This document shows positions 1 through 11,349 of a stretch of DNA of 64,000 nucleotides, one piece after another. The number at the start of each line of letters is the position of its first letter. Positions within the stretch are counted from its first letter, which is position 1. Both the position numbers and the translations under genes were made by a program. Origin of the DNA: Nostoc sp. DedSLP01 (GTDB lineage Bacteria; Cyanobacteriota; Cyanobacteriia; Cyanobacteriales; Nostocaceae); the NCBI GenBank assembly GCA_034530875.2, contig JAVRCJ020000003.1, positions 192,001-256,000 of the forward strand. The letters are read 5' to 3'. Under the pieces are notes generated by a model. It saw only the letters and a list, made by a program, of their open reading frames with translations, was not told where the DNA came from and ran no database searches.

Positions 1-1
1 A

Positions 2-163
2 AAGCGTGATAGCGGTATGAGTATTCGCTTTGACGATAACGCGGCTGTAATTATTAACAAAGACGGTAATCCCAGAGGCACGCGGGTTTTCGGCCCAGTT
101 GCTCGGGAACTCCGCGATAAAAACTTTACCAAAATTGTTTCTCTGGCTCCGGAGGTGCTGTAA
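2..163 (+). CDS. rplN: 50S ribosomal protein L14, 3' part (cut by window edge)
   Basis: Manual translation [56 protein letters not shown] overlaps the rplX ATG. Confidence 0.97.
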   Translation, partial: KRDSGMSIRFDDNAAVIINKDGNPRGTRVFGPVARELRDKNFTKIVSLAPEVL

Positions 164-513
164 TGGTAGCCAAACAGACACCCAAAGTATTCCACAAAAT
201 GCACGTCAAAACTGGCGACACCGTACAAGTAATTGCTGGTAAAGACAAAGGAAAAGTTGGTGAAATTATCAAAGCACTTCCCCAACTGAGTAAAGTTGTA
301 GTTAAAGGTGTCAATATTAAAACCAAGCACGTTAAACCGCAGCAAGAAGGAGAATCAGGGCGCATCGTCACCCAAGAATTCCCCATTCATAGCTCCAACG
401 TTATGCTCTATTCCACTAAGCAAAACGTCGCCAGTCGTGTTTGTTACAGCTTTACGCCAGAAGGCAAAAAAGTCAGAAAGCTCAAGAAAACTGGCGAAAT
501 TCTCGATAAATAA
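163..513 (+). CDS. rplX: 50S ribosomal protein L24
   Basis: KOW motif [16 protein letters not shown]; spc operon position. Confidence 0.97.
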   Translation: MVAKQTPKVFHKMHVKTGDTVQVIAGKDKGKVGEIIKALPQLSKVVVKGVNIKTKHVKPQQEGESGRIVTQEFPIHSSNVMLYSTKQNVASRVCYSFTPEGKKVRKLKKTGEILDK

Positions 514-626
514 CCAGAATTAGCCAACTTGAAATTTTAGATTTTTAATTTAATCCCAAATCCAAAATCTAAAATCCAAAATTAAAGGTTCCCTGACCAA
601 GCCCAGGGATATCAGGACAAAAAATT

Positions 627-1175
627 ATGGCGACAACAAGACTCAAAACCTTATATCACGAGACAATTGTCCCTAAACTGACCCAGCAGTTTCAATTTAC
701 CAACGTTCATCAAGTACCGAAGTTGGTCAAAATTACTGTTAACCGAGGTTTGGGCGAAGCGGCTCAAAACGCCAAGGCGTTGGAAGCATCGATCAACGAA
801 ATTGCGACGATTACCGGTCAAAAACCAGTAGTGACGCGGGCGAAAAAAGCGATCGCTGGCTTTAAAATTCGTCAAGGTATGCCTGTGGGTATTATGGTCA
901 CCCTCAGAGGCGAGAGAATGTATGCCTTTCTCGACCGACTAGTTAGCCTATCGCTGCCCAGAATTAGAGATTTTCGCGGCGTCAGCCCCAAAAGCTTTGA
1001 CGGACGCGGTAACTATACTCTGGGCGTTAGAGAACAGCTAATTTTTCCAGAGGTCGAGTACGATAGCATCGATCAAATCCGTGGTTTGGATATTTCCATC
1101 ATCACCACAGCGAAAAACGACGAAGAGGGTCGCGCCTTACTCAAAGAATTAGGAATGCCCTTTCGCGATCAATAA
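627..1175 (+). CDS. rplE: 50S ribosomal protein L5
   Basis: [29 protein letters not shown] motifs. Confidence 0.98.
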   Translation: MATTRLKTLYHETIVPKLTQQFQFTNVHQVPKLVKITVNRGLGEAAQNAKALEASINEIATITGQKPVVTRAKKAIAGFKIRQGMPVGIMVTLRGERMYAFLDRLVSLSLPRIRDFRGVSPKSFDGRGNYTLGVREQLIFPEVEYDSIDQIRGLDISIITTAKNDEEGRALLKELGMPFRDQ

Positions 1176-1195
1176 GTTCATCTATAGAGGGAACG

Positions 1196-1597
1196 ATGGC
1201 GGCTAACGACACAATTGCAGATATGCTGACGCGCATCCGCAATGCCAACCTGGCACGGCATCAAACTACACAAGTGCCAGCGACAAAAATGACCCGTAGT
1301 ATTGCCAGAGTGCTGCGGGAGGAAGGTTTTATTGGTGAATACGAAGAAGCAGGTGATGAGGTAAAACGCAATCTGGTGATTTCCTTGAAATACAAGGGTA
1401 AGAATCGTCAGCCTTTAATCACCGCCCTCAAGCGAGTTAGTAAACCTGGTTTGCGTGTTTACTCCAATAAAAAAGAATTACCAAGAGTATTAGGCGGCAT
1501 CGGCATCGCCATTATTTCCACATCCAGTGGCATTATGACTGACCGCGAAGCGCGGCGTCAAAACTTGGGTGGCGAAGTGCTTTGCTACGTTTGGTAG
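1196..1597 (+). CDS. rpsH: 30S ribosomal protein S8
   Basis: [30 protein letters not shown]. Confidence 0.98.
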   Translation: MAANDTIADMLTRIRNANLARHQTTQVPATKMTRSIARVLREEGFIGEYEEAGDEVKRNLVISLKYKGKNRQPLITALKRVSKPGLRVYSNKKELPRVLGGIGIAIISTSSGIMTDREARRQNLGGEVLCYVW

Positions 1598-1647
1598 TCA
1601 ATAAAAGTGAAGAGTTAGGAATGAAGAGTGAAAAGTTAGTCATAAAA

Positions 1648-1675
1648 ACTCATAACTCATAACTCATAACTCATA
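1648..1675 (+). repeat. Heptamer tandem repeat (ACTCATA)x4, STRR-like
   Basis: Directly visible in the rpsH-rplF spacer. Confidence 0.85.
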
Positions 1676-1697
1676 ACTCCATAAAGGACAAAAAGTT

Positions 1698-2246
1698 ATG
1701 TCTCGTATTGGTAAACGTCCAATTACTATTCCCGCCAAAGTACAAGTGGCGATTGATGGCACTAAAGTTGTGGTGAAAGGCCCCAAAGGAGAACTTTCTC
1801 GCAATTTACCTGCTAACGTTATAGTCTCCCAAGATGGAGAAATATTACAAGTAACTCGTCGTGATGATACCCGTACTTCTAGGCAATTACACGGCTTGAG
1901 CCGTACTTTAGTTGCCAACATGGTTGAGGGAGTTTCCCAAGGTTTTCAACGCCGTTTGGAAATTCAAGGGGTTGGTTACCGGGCACAAGTTCAAGGACGT
2001 AACTTAGTTTTGAACATGGGTTACAGCCATCAGGTGCAAATTGAACCACCAGAAGGAATTCAGTTTGCAGTAGAAGGTACCACTAACGTTATTGTCAGCG
2101 GCTACGACAAAGAAATTGTCGGTAACACAGCAGCTAAAATCCGTGCTGTTCGCGCACCAGAACCTTACAAAGGCAAAGGTATTCGCTATGCCGGTGAAGT
2201 GGTACGACGTAAAGCTGGTAAGACTGGTAAGAGTGGTAAGAAGTAA
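1698..2246 (+). CDS. rplF: 50S ribosomal protein L6
   Basis: [20 protein letters not shown]. Confidence 0.98.
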   Translation: MSRIGKRPITIPAKVQVAIDGTKVVVKGPKGELSRNLPANVIVSQDGEILQVTRRDDTRTSRQLHGLSRTLVANMVEGVSQGFQRRLEIQGVGYRAQVQGRNLVLNMGYSHQVQIEPPEGIQFAVEGTTNVIVSGYDKEIVGNTAAKIRAVRAPEPYKGKGIRYAGEVVRRKAGKTGKSGKK

Positions 2247-2248
2247 AA

Positions 2249-2611
2249 ATGAAACTTACTCGTAGAGAATCAAAACAGCGTCGCCATCGACGCGTTCGTG
2301 GCAGAGTTATTGGCTCCCCAGAACGCCCACGTTTAGCAGTATTTCGTTCTAATGAGCATATTTATGCTCAGGTGATTGATGATACACAGCATCACACCAT
2401 AGTGGCAGCATCAACTGTAGAACCAGAGTTGAAATCAAGTTTAGCTTCAGGCGCCAACCGCGACGCATCGGTGCAAGTTGGTAAGTTGATAGCAGTGCGA
2501 TCGCTAGAAAAAGGTATTACCAAAGTAGTCTTCGATCGCGGTGGTAACCTATATCATGGTCGTGTCAAAGCCCTAGCTGATGCAGCCCGCGAAGCCGGTT
2601 TGGATTTCTAA
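2249..2611 (+). CDS. rplR: 50S ribosomal protein L18
   Basis: [28 protein letters not shown]. Confidence 0.98.
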   Translation: MKLTRRESKQRRHRRVRGRVIGSPERPRLAVFRSNEHIYAQVIDDTQHHTIVAASTVEPELKSSLASGANRDASVQVGKLIAVRSLEKGITKVVFDRGGNLYHGRVKALADAAREAGLDF

Positions 2612-2612
2612 A

Positions 2613-2700
2613 GTCATTGGTCATTAGTCATTGGTCATTTAGTCATTGGACAAATGACAAAGGACAAATGACAAAGGACAAATGACAACTGACAAATGAC
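2613..2700. repeat. Inverted heptamer arrays (GTCATTR / GACAAAT-GACAAAG), STRR-like
   Basis: Directly visible; similar arrays at about 3250-3337, 9324-9400, 10302-10360 and 28921-29008. Confidence 0.85.
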
Positions 2701-2718
2701 ATTAAGAGAACATTGATT

Positions 2719-3246
2719 ATGGCAACAGAGCGTAAAAGTAGAACCAAGCGTGCCAAAAAAGAAGAAACTACTTGGCAAGAACGGGTAATTCAAATCCGGC
2801 GCGTGAGTAAGGTTGTTAAAGGCGGGAAAAAACTTAGCTTCCGGGCGATCGTAGTAGTTGGTAACGAACGCGGTCAAGTTGGTGTTGGAGTAGGCAAAGC
2901 CTCAGATGTAATTGGAGCAGTGAAAAAAGGTGTAGCCGATGGCAAAAAACACCTCATTGATATTCCAATCACTAAATCTAACTCCATTCCCCATCCGATT
3001 GATGGTATCGGTGGCGGTGCAAAAGTGATTATGCGTCCAGCTGCACCCGGTACTGGTGTAATTGCGGGTGGTGCTGTACGTACAGTATTGGAATTAGCAG
3101 GAGTTCGCAACGTCCTAGCTAAGCAACTTGGCTCCAACAATCCGCTTAACAATGCTAGAGCCGCAGTCAACGCTTTGTCTACACTGCGTACTCTTTCTGA
3201 AGTTGCCGAAGATCGCGGTATTCCTATTGAAAATCTCTACATCTAA
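2719..3246 (+). CDS. rpsE: 30S ribosomal protein S5
   Basis: [33 protein letters not shown] at 2719 preferred over TTG at 2713. Confidence 0.98.
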   Translation: MATERKSRTKRAKKEETTWQERVIQIRRVSKVVKGGKKLSFRAIVVVGNERGQVGVGVGKASDVIGAVKKGVADGKKHLIDIPITKSNSIPHPIDGIGGGAKVIMRPAAPGTGVIAGGAVRTVLELAGVRNVLAKQLGSNNPLNNARAAVNALSTLRTLSEVAEDRGIPIENLYI

Positions 3247-3347
3247 TTTAGTCATGAGTCATTAGTCATTGGTCATTGGTCATTTGCAAATGACAAATGG
3301 CAAAGGACAAATGGCAAAGGACAACTGACAAAGGACACTTTTAGCTT

Positions 3348-3791
3348 ATGAGACTCAACGATGTTAAGCCCCAAAAAGGCTCAAAGAAACGCCGCCGCCG
3401 CGTAGGTAGGGGTATTTCTGCTGGTCAAGGTGCTAGTGCTGGTCTAGGTATGCGGGGTCAAAAATCTCGCTCTGGTAGTGGTACAAGACCAGGTTTTGAA
3501 GGTGGTCAACAGCCATTGTACCGCCGCTTACCAAAACTCAAGGGCTTTCCGATTGTGAATCGCAAGATTTACACTACGATTAATGTAGAGAAGCTAGCCT
3601 CCCTTCCCGCTAATACCGAAGTAACTTTGACCTCATTACAAGCAGCAGGTATTATCACTGGTGCTAAAGGCCCATTGAAAATTCTGGGTAACGGGGAATT
3701 GAGCGTTGCGCTCAAGGTACAAGCGGCAGCTTTCACAGGTACAGCTCGCAGCAAAATTGAGGGAGCTGGTGGGAGTTGTGAAGTCGTATGA
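3348..3791 (+). CDS. rplO: 50S ribosomal protein L15
   Basis: [26 protein letters not shown]. Confidence 0.98.
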   Translation: MRLNDVKPQKGSKKRRRRVGRGISAGQGASAGLGMRGQKSRSGSGTRPGFEGGQQPLYRRLPKLKGFPIVNRKIYTTINVEKLASLPANTEVTLTSLQAAGIITGAKGPLKILGNGELSVALKVQAAAFTGTARSKIEGAGGSCEVV

Positions 3792-3865
3792 GTGAACTGG
3801 AATAGGGCACTTAGATGCAAGCCAACTCGCAGCCAGCGCCTGGTTCACACTAAAGGTAGCACTCT

Positions 3866-5179
3866 ATGATCAGTCGAGATAAAGCCCCAACGGCTCAAGA
3901 AACTTTTATGCAGATGGCACAAGCAGCCGGGCTGAGAGGTAGGCTGCTTGTCACCGTCGGTATTTTAATTTTGGTTCGCTTAGGCATCTTTTTGCCTGTG
4001 CCAGGGATTGATAGAGGTAGGTTTGCCGCAGCCATCTCAGGCAATAATGCCATATTTGGTTTGTTGGATATCTTTTCCGGGCGAGGACTTTCAACTCTGG
4101 GGGTCTTTGCTTTAGGAATTTTGCCCTTCATTAATGCGTCCATTATCATCCAATTGCTCACGGCTGCGATTCCATCTTTAGAAAATTTACAGAAAAATGA
4201 AGGTGAAGCAGGTCGGCGAAAAATATCCCAAATTACCCGTTATGTATCTTTGGGGTGGGCAATTATTCAAAGTACGGCTTTTTCGGCATTGTTTTTGCAG
4301 CAGTTTGCCTTAAATCCAGGGCCGCTGTTTGTAGCTGAAACTGCGATCGCTCTGACTGCTGGTTCCATGTTCGTCATGTGGGCATCAGAACTGATTACAG
4401 AACGGGGGATCGGAAATGGAGCATCATTGTTGATTTTTGTCAATATTGTCGCATCATTACCAAAAGCTTTAGGGGATACCATCGATTTGGTGCAAGTGGG
4501 CGGTAGAGAAACAGTAGGTCGCGTGATCGTACTAATCTTAGTTTTCCTGGCAACAATTGTTGGTATTGTGGTTGTGCAGGAAGGAATGCGTCGCATCCCA
4601 ATTATTTCAGCTCGTCGCCAAGTAGGTCGTCGAGTTTTGGCAGAGCAACGTAGTTTCTTACCTTTGCGCCTGAATCAAGGCGGCGTAATGCCAATTATTT
4701 TTGCTGCTGCAATCCTCAGTTTGCCATTGTTAATCGCCAATTTCACTAAAAATGCTGAATTGGCAAATATAGTTAACACTTATCTGAGTCCCAGCGGTTC
4801 TGGTTCTTGGGTTTATGCCCTAGTTTACATGATTTCTATCATTTTCTTCAGCTACTTCTATTCTTCGTTGATTCTCAACCCAGTAGATGTGGCGCAAAAC
4901 TTGAAGAAAATGGGTTCCAGTATTCCTGGTATTCGTCCTGGCAAGGCAACTAGCGAGTATATCGAACGTGTATCGAACCGACTCACTTTTTTAGGTGCTA
5001 TCTTTTTGGGCTTAGTTGCTATTATCCCAACCGGCGTGGAAAGAGCTTTAGGAGTGCCGACATTTAAGGGATTGGGTGCTACCTCTTTGTTAATTTTAGT
5101 TGGTGTGGCGATCGATACGGCAAGACAAATCCAAACTTACGTTATCTCTCAGCGCTATGAAGGAATGGTGAAACAATAG
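3866..5179 (+). CDS. secY: Preprotein translocase subunit SecY
   Basis: LGILPFINASII, GIGNGASLLIF, IPGIRPG; multi-TM; operon position. Confidence 0.98.
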   Translation: MISRDKAPTAQETFMQMAQAAGLRGRLLVTVGILILVRLGIFLPVPGIDRGRFAAAISGNNAIFGLLDIFSGRGLSTLGVFALGILPFINASIIIQLLTAAIPSLENLQKNEGEAGRRKISQITRYVSLGWAIIQSTAFSALFLQQFALNPGPLFVAETAIALTAGSMFVMWASELITERGIGNGASLLIFVNIVASLPKALGDTIDLVQVGGRETVGRVIVLILVFLATIVGIVVVQEGMRRIPIISARRQVGRRVLAEQRSFLPLRLNQGGVMPIIFAAAILSLPLLIANFTKNAELANIVNTYLSPSGSGSWVYALVYMISIIFFSYFYSSLILNPVDVAQNLKKMGSSIPGIRPGKATSEYIERVSNRLTFLGAIFLGLVAIIPTGVERALGVPTFKGLGATSLLILVGVAIDTARQIQTYVISQRYEGMVKQ

Positions 5180-5730
5180 TGACGCGACTAATCTTCTTGG
5201 GACCGCCTGGAGCTGGTAAAGGAACACAAGCTAAGACATTAGCTGACCATCGGCAAGTTCCCCATATTTCTACGGGTGACATATTGCGTGAAGCATTATC
5301 TAAGCAAACCCGTTTGGGCTTGAAAGCTCAAAGTTATATGGATAAAGGGGAACTAGTCCCAGACATTCTAGTACAGGAAATGGTACAAGAACGGCTGAGT
5401 CAGTCAGATGCCAAGCAAGGTTGGATTCTTGATGGTTTTCCCCGGACTGTCAAGCAAGCAGTCTTTCTTGAGGAATTACTCGAACAGCTAGACCAGTCTG
5501 GTGAAAAAGTAGTCAGCCTGGAAGTCCCAGATGAGGTAGTAGTAGGGCGTTTACTGGCACGAGGACGAAAAGATGATAGCGAAGACGTGATTCGTCGTCG
5601 TTTAGAAGTTTACCGTGCTGAAACTGCTCCTTTAATTGATTATTACCGCGATCGCCAAAAACTTTTAACAGTCAATGGCAATCAGTCCCAAGAAGAAGTC
5701 ACTGACGAGTTGCAAAAGATAATCGCTTAA
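5179..5730 (+). CDS. adk: Adenylate kinase
   Basis: GPPGAGKGT P-loop, STGDILR, LDGFPRT. Confidence 0.97.
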   Translation: MTRLIFLGPPGAGKGTQAKTLADHRQVPHISTGDILREALSKQTRLGLKAQSYMDKGELVPDILVQEMVQERLSQSDAKQGWILDGFPRTVKQAVFLEELLEQLDQSGEKVVSLEVPDEVVVGRLLARGRKDDSEDVIRRRLEVYRAETAPLIDYYRDRQKLLTVNGNQSQEEVTDELQKIIA

Positions 5731-5916
5731 AAAGTAGAGGGAGTAGAGAGTACAGATTTTACCACTCCTGACTCCCCACTCCCGATCCATTCAGGAAGCT
5801 GAACAAATTTAGCTAAAATATATTAAGAAAATGTTGATATATTTCTCAAAGTGTGTTCTCTTGCAGATGAAGTGCTGCAAACGAACAGGAGATTGTTGAG
5901 TTGAGGAAAAAATAAG

Positions 5917-6141
5917 TTGTCTAAGCAAGATTTGATTGAAATGGAAGGCACAGTTACAGAGTCTTTGCCCAATGCGATGTTTCGCGTTGACTTGGACAAC
6001 GGCTTTAACGTGCTGGCACACATTTCTGGCAAGATTCGCCGTAACTATATTAAGATTTTGCCTGGCGATCGCGTCAAGGTAGAGTTAACCCCCTACGACT
6101 TGACCAAAGGCAGAATTACCTACAGACTGAGAAAGAAGTAA
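5917..6141 (+). CDS. infA: Translation initiation factor IF-1
   Basis: [27 protein letters not shown] start. Confidence 0.97.
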
Positions 6142-6257
6142 GTATATGTAGACAATTTTACCATAAAACCATCTTTTTGGCTGTTTTCCAGACACTTAGC
6201 TGAAAAAATTCCCAAGAAATGTTATAATTTACTATTTGGAGTCAAAGTAGAAAAGGC

Positions 6258-6371
6258 ATGAAAGTCAGAGCCTCAGTCAAGAAAATCTGTGAAAAGTGTA
6301 ATGTGATCAAACGCCGTGGTCGCGTTATGGTGATTTGCGTCAACCCCAAACACAAGCAACGTCAAGGATAA
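6258..6371 (+). CDS. rpmJ: 50S ribosomal protein L36 (absent from ORF track, too short)
   Basis: Manual translation [37 protein letters not shown]. Confidence 0.97.
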   Translation: MKVRASVKKICEKCNVIKRRGRVMVICVNPKHKQRQG

Positions 6372-6486
6372 CGCTCTCAATCAAAAGAGTAGAGTTGCAG
6401 CACGCATATCATTATTAAAACCAAAAGATGCGAACGATCGCGTTTTTTACTACTAGTAACTGCAAAAACAATAGGGAGAGTTGATT

Positions 6487-6867
6487 GTGGCACGTATTGC
6501 CGGAGTAGACCTTCCACGCGATAAGCGCGTCGAGATTGGTCTGACTTACATTTACGGAATAGGGTTATCGCGATCGCAAGAAATTCTAGCGACTACAGGT
6601 GTAAACCCAGACACCCGCGTTAAAGAATTAAGTGACGCCGATGTAGCCAGTCTGCGGGCAGAAATAGAAACCAACTATGAAGTTGAAGGGGACTTACGGC
6701 GCTGGGAGTCGATGAACATCAAGCGCCTAGTTGATATTGGCACCTACAGAGGGCGTCGTCATCGTATGGGCTTGCCAGTTAGAGGACAGAGGACTCGCAC
6801 CAATGCCAGAACCCGTCGAGGCAGAAGGCAGACAGTGGCCGGCAAGAAGAAGGCACCAGGTAAATAA
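6487..6867 (+). CDS. rpsM: 30S ribosomal protein S13
   Basis: [26 protein letters not shown] at 6487. Confidence 0.98.
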   Translation: MARIAGVDLPRDKRVEIGLTYIYGIGLSRSQEILATTGVNPDTRVKELSDADVASLRAEIETNYEVEGDLRRWESMNIKRLVDIGTYRGRRHRMGLPVRGQRTRTNARTRRGRRQTVAGKKKAPGK

Positions 6868-6921
6868 ATTAACAACGCTTGCTAAACTAAGCAAGTTTTA
6901 CTTTAAATCAATTACACAAGT

Positions 6922-7317
6922 ATGGCGAGACAACCAACTAAAAAAAGCGGGAGCAAAAAGCAGAAACGGAACGTCCCCAATGGGATGGCGTATATCCAGT
7001 CTACTTTCAACAATAGCATTGTCACCATTACCGATCAAAATGGAGATGTTATCTCCTGGGCTAGTGCTGGTTCTAGCGGTTTTAAGGGAGCCAAAAAGGG
7101 AACTCCCTTTGCAGCGCAAACCGCAGCTGAAAGTGCAGCTCGTCGAGCCATCGATCAAGGAATGCGCCAAATTGAGGTAATGGTTAGTGGCCCGGGAGCA
7201 GGTAGAGAAACAGCTATCCGCGCACTTCAAGGAGCAGGACTGGAAATTACACTGATTCGGGATATTACCCCGATTCCTCATAATGGTTGCCGTCCGCCCA
7301 AACGCCGTCGTGTTTAA
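6922..7317 (+). CDS. rpsK: 30S ribosomal protein S11
   Basis: [30 protein letters not shown]. Confidence 0.98.
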   Translation: MARQPTKKSGSKKQKRNVPNGMAYIQSTFNNSIVTITDQNGDVISWASAGSSGFKGAKKGTPFAAQTAAESAARRAIDQGMRQIEVMVSGPGAGRETAIRALQGAGLEITLIRDITPIPHNGCRPPKRRRV

Positions 7318-7514
7318 GCGTTAAAACTTGACCAGTGAGGACGAAAAGTTGCAGTTAAAGTAAGATCGCCTCACTTGCAATAACCGCTTGGGCATCTGGT
7401 GTCGAAACTGGATTGAATCGGAGCTTGAACTTTGGATGGCTTGGGCGACCGGAAGTGCCTCAGATTTCCCCCAAGGAAAGCTGTTAAACTTCAGCCAAGC
7501 CAAAATAGTATCAA

Positions 7515-7824
7515 TCAATTTTCGATTTTAGATTTGCGATTTGAGATTAATCCCGAACAAAGCTGGACACTTCAGGAATTTTAAATTGATGATAGCGCAG
7601 TCAAGCACATCAAAGCTCTTTGAGATTTGTTCTGCCGAGAAAAGGGAGGAAATGAACCGAAAAAGCACAATCCAAAATCAAAAATCCGTCTTCAAAAGCT
7701 TTGAACGCTCGAAGTCCGCGTTTAACGCCGGTATTCTGCGAGAAGCCGCCCTCCGGGAGTCTACGTGCAAGTCGGGCAACCCGCTTTGAAGAAAGGCTCA
7801 ACTTTTCGCAGAATCGAAAATTGA
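7515..7824. mobile_element. MITE-like composite repeat insertion in the rpsK-rpoA spacer
   Basis: 13-bp perfect inverted ends TCAATTTTCGATT / AATCGAAAATTGA; internal heptamer and hairpin repeats. Confidence 0.45.
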
Positions 7825-7887
7825 CACTCAATTCGGGAGGTAATTGATTTGTCTGCAAGCAGCACCTTAAAAAAGGGAGGCTAATCC

Positions 7888-8835
7888 GTGGCGCAGTTTC
7901 AAATTGAATGTGTAGAATCTAATACTGAAGAAAGCCGCAACCATTACAGTAAATTTGTTTTGGAACCTCTAGAGCGCGGTCAAGGAACAACGGTTGGCAA
8001 CGCGCTACGGCGAGTTTTGCTGTCCAATTTAGAGGGTACGGCAGTTACAGCAGTCCGGATTGCAGGCGTTTCACATGAGTTTGCTACAGTTCCGGGCGTG
8101 CGGGAAGACGTGCTGGAAATCCTCATGAGAATGAAGGAAGTTATCCTGAAAAACTATTCCTCACAACCCCAGATTGGTAGATTACTCGTTAACGGCCCAA
8201 CAACAATCACTGCCGCACATTTTGATTTACCTAGTGAAGTAGAAGTCATCGATCCCACCCAGTATGTAGCCACCATTGCCGAGGGTGGAAAACTGGAAAT
8301 GGAATTTAGGATCGAGAGAGGTAAAGGTTATCGCACGGTAGAGCGAGGACGTGAGGAAGCTACATCGTTGGACTTTCTCCAAATCGACTCGATATTTATG
8401 CCGGTGCGAAAAGTAAATTATAGTGTCGAAGAAGCTCGTGGGGATGGCTCAATTACCAAAGACCGACTGTTGTTGGAAGTTTGGACAAATGGCAGTATCT
8501 CTCCCCAAGAAGCACTATCCTCTGCTGCTGGAATCTTGGTAGATTTATTCAATCCGTTGAAAGACATTTCCTTAGAACCAACAGATACAGGTTCGGAAAT
8601 TTCAGAAGACCCAACTGCTCAGATTCCCATCGAAGAGTTGCAACTTTCTGTACGGGCATATAACTGTCTCAAACGGGCACAAGTTAATTCTGTGGCCGAC
8701 TTGTTGGATTATACCCAAGAAGATCTCCTAGAAATTAAAAACTTTGGTCAAAAGTCAGCAGAAGAAGTTGTAGAAGCTTTGCAGCGTCGCTTGGGCATCA
8801 CCTTGCCACAGGAAAGAGGCTCGAAACACCCTTAA
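7888..8835 (+). CDS. rpoA: RNA polymerase alpha subunit
   Basis: EPLERGQGTTVGNALRRVLL, LSVRAYNCLKR, NFGQKS. Confidence 0.98.
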   Translation: MAQFQIECVESNTEESRNHYSKFVLEPLERGQGTTVGNALRRVLLSNLEGTAVTAVRIAGVSHEFATVPGVREDVLEILMRMKEVILKNYSSQPQIGRLLVNGPTTITAAHFDLPSEVEVIDPTQYVATIAEGGKLEMEFRIERGKGYRTVERGREEATSLDFLQIDSIFMPVRKVNYSVEEARGDGSITKDRLLLEVWTNGSISPQEALSSAAGILVDLFNPLKDISLEPTDTGSEISEDPTAQIPIEELQLSVRAYNCLKRAQVNSVADLLDYTQEDLLEIKNFGQKSAEEVVEALQRRLGITLPQERGSKHP

Positions 8836-8972
8836 GTGATATCAAGTCTAGTTGATTACTTGTCATTGAAACAGACACGGAGACGCGGAGACGCGGGGAC
8901 GCGGAGAGTTTTTTGACAAGCGATCGTTAAGACATGATATGAAAACCGTTTGTAGTTCATAAGTGCTTAATT

Positions 8973-9323
8973 ATGCGTCACCGCTGTCGCGTTAAAAAAC
9001 TTAGTAAACCAGCAGATCAGCGTCGCGCTTTATTGCGATCGCTCACCACCGATCTGATTCGTCATGGTAAAATCACCACCACTTTAGTTCGCGCTAAAGT
9101 TCTCCGCAGTGAAGTAGATAAAATGATTACCCTAGCCAAAAACGGCTCCTTGGCAGCACGCCGTGAAGCCCTTGGCTATATCTTCGACAAAGCCCTAGTT
9201 CATGCTTTATTTGAGCAAGCCCCCACTCGTTATGGTAATCGCCAGGGCGGTTATACCCGCATCGTGCATACCGTACCGCGTCGGGGCGATAATGCTGAAA
9301 TGGCAATCATTGAATTGGTTTAA
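8973..9323 (+). CDS. rplQ: 50S ribosomal protein L17
   Basis: [23 protein letters not shown]. Confidence 0.98.
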   Translation: MRHRCRVKKLSKPADQRRALLRSLTTDLIRHGKITTTLVRAKVLRSEVDKMITLAKNGSLAARREALGYIFDKALVHALFEQAPTRYGNRQGGYTRIVHTVPRRGDNAEMAIIELV

Positions 9324-9411
9324 GTCATTGGTCATTAGTCATTATTCATTAGTCATTTGCAAAAGACAAAGGACAAATGACAAAAGATAAATGACAAAGG
9401 GCAAAGTCTGT

Positions 9412-10239
9412 ATGTTAGAAAGCCACCAGCCTAGACAACCTCATCGAGTAGCCTTGGTAATCCAATACCTGGGCACTCATTTTCATGGCTGGCAACGGCA
9501 AAAGAACCAGCGTACAGTCCAAGAAGAGATCGAAAAAGCGATCGCTACTATTCTTGGATATCACGTGACATTACACGGCGCAGGACGAACCGATGCCGGA
9601 GTTCACGCTGCTGCTCAAGTCGCCCATTTTGAAGCAACAGGTTTTATTCCACCTCACAAATGGGCAACAATCCTCAACAGCTATTTGCCATCAGATATAT
9701 TAATCAGGGCTTCAGCTGGTGTAGACTCCCGTTGGCACGCTCGTTTTAGCGCAGCCTATCGGCGATACCGCTACACAATATACACTGAAGATCGGCTTAA
9801 CTTGTTCGTGAAACCCTTCAGTTGGCATTATTATTATGCACCCCTGGATGAATCATTAATCCAAGCTGCTCTCAAACCTCTCTTGGGAAAGCATCACTTA
9901 GCTGCTTTTCACCGTGCAGGTTCAAAGCGATCGCATTCCTGGGTAGAGGTACAAGCAGCAGAGTGTCGTCGCAGTGGGTCATTTATCCATATTGAAATAC
10001 AGGCAGATGGATTTTTGTATGGCATGGTACGGCTGTTGGTAGGAATGTTGGTACAAGTAGGTTCGGGAGAACGGACACTTGCCAACTTCACCGAACTCTG
10101 GAAAGAGGAACGTCGGCAAGAGGTTAAACACGCCGCACCAGCTCAAGGTTTGTGCTTGTTGCGAGTCGGTTATCCAGATTTTCCCTTTCCCAAAGAGATT
10201 TGGTACGATACCCTGCCAAAGTTGGTCATTGGTCAGTAG
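9412..10239 (+). CDS. truA: tRNA pseudouridine(38-40) synthase
   Basis: GRTDAGVHA, FLYGMVR; ATG at 9412 preferred because 9391 lies in a repeat. Confidence 0.96.
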   Translation: MLESHQPRQPHRVALVIQYLGTHFHGWQRQKNQRTVQEEIEKAIATILGYHVTLHGAGRTDAGVHAAAQVAHFEATGFIPPHKWATILNSYLPSDILIRASAGVDSRWHARFSAAYRRYRYTIYTEDRLNLFVKPFSWHYYYAPLDESLIQAALKPLLGKHHLAAFHRAGSKRSHSWVEVQAAECRRSGSFIHIEIQADGFLYGMVRLLVGMLVQVGSGERTLANFTELWKEERRQEVKHAAPAQGLCLLRVGYPDFPFPKEIWYDTLPKLVIGQ

Positions 10240-10297
10240 TAGAGACGCGATTATACTCTGACGAGAAGCCGCTCTTCGAGCGTCTACGCGTCTGTAC
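10239..10297 (+). repeat. GTAG-hairpin REP-like element interrupted by a roughly 32-nt small dispersed repeat
   Basis: GTAGAGACGCGATTAT[ACTCTGACGAGAAGCCGCTCTTCGAGCGTCTA]CGCGTCTGTAC; uninterrupted relatives at 28225, 46797 and 46832. Confidence 0.7.
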
Positions 10298-10360
10298 AAT
10301 AGTCATTGGTCATTAGTGAATAACAAATGACAAGGTACACAGGACAAGGACAAATAACAA

Positions 10361-10822
10361 ATGACAATAGTTAAAACCTACCTTCCTCCTCAAGAATCCC
10401 TTGAGCGTGAGTGGTACGTAGTAGATGCCACCGATAAACGCCTTGGACGCCTAGCCAGTGAAATCGCTCAAGTTCTCAGAGGCAAAAACAAACCCGAATT
10501 TACACCCCACCTAGATACAGGTGACTTCGTGATCGTTGTTAATGCCGAGAAAGTAGCAGTCACAGGCAAAAAGCGCACTCAAAAAGTGTACCGACGCCAT
10601 TCTGGGCGTCCCGGCGGGATGAAAACGGAAAGCTTTGCTAAGCTGCAACAGCGCTTACCAGAGCGAATTATAGAACACGCTGTCAAAGGTATGCTACCCA
10701 AAAATAGCCTGGGTAAGCAGTTATTCACCAAGCTGAAAGTTTACGCCGGCCCTACGCATCCTCACGACGCTCAAAAGCCCAAAGAACTAAAAATTAATAC
10801 AATTCCTGGAGCAGAAGATTAA
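10361..10822 (+). CDS. rplM: 50S ribosomal protein L13
   Basis: [21 protein letters not shown]. Confidence 0.98.
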   Translation: MTIVKTYLPPQESLEREWYVVDATDKRLGRLASEIAQVLRGKNKPEFTPHLDTGDFVIVVNAEKVAVTGKKRTQKVYRRHSGRPGGMKTESFAKLQQRLPERIIEHAVKGMLPKNSLGKQLFTKLKVYAGPTHPHDAQKPKELKINTIPGAED

Positions 10823-11238
10823 TGGTAGCAGTAGACACCAATAGCGGTCGCGCCATGTACTGGGGTACTGGTCGTCGGAAATCCGCAGTAGCAAGAGTAC
10901 GCTTGGTTCCGGGTACTGGTAAACTGACTGTAAATGGTAAAGATGGAGATTTGTATTTCCAATTCAATGCCAATTACCTGGGAGTCATAAAAGCACCCTT
11001 GGAAACTTTGGGACTAGAAAACGAATACGACATTTTGGTAAAAGCAGAAGGCGGCGGCTTGACCGGACAGGCTGATTCTGTTCGCTTGGGAGTTGCTCGG
11101 GCTTTGTGTCAACTAGACCCAGACAACCGCCCACCTTTGAAAACCGAAGGTTATCTCACTCGCGATCCTCGGGCAAAGGAACGGAAAAAATATGGTTTAC
11201 ACAAAGCCCGGAAAGCGCCTCAGTACTCTAAGCGTTAG
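10822..11238 (+). CDS. rpsI: 30S ribosomal protein S9
   Basis: [23 protein letters not shown]. Confidence 0.98.
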   Translation: MVAVDTNSGRAMYWGTGRRKSAVARVRLVPGTGKLTVNGKDGDLYFQFNANYLGVIKAPLETLGLENEYDILVKAEGGGLTGQADSVRLGVARALCQLDPDNRPPLKTEGYLTRDPRAKERKKYGLHKARKAPQYSKR

Positions 11239-11349
11239 GGCATTGGGCATTGGGCATTGGGTTAGGAAAACTCTTTCCCAGTCCCTAGTCCCTAGTCCTA
11301 ATTTCAATCAAAAAGTTATAATTTTTATAGATTCACCACAGAAGGAACA

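Noticed and set aside
7321..7858. Short ORFs 7321-7518, 7541-7789 and 7610-7858
   Set aside because: They run through repeat or leader DNA and show no recognisable protein features.
627..8835. rpsN, rpmD and rpsD are missing from the spc/alpha cluster
   Set aside because: This is the usual cyanobacterial arrangement, not a strain-specific loss.
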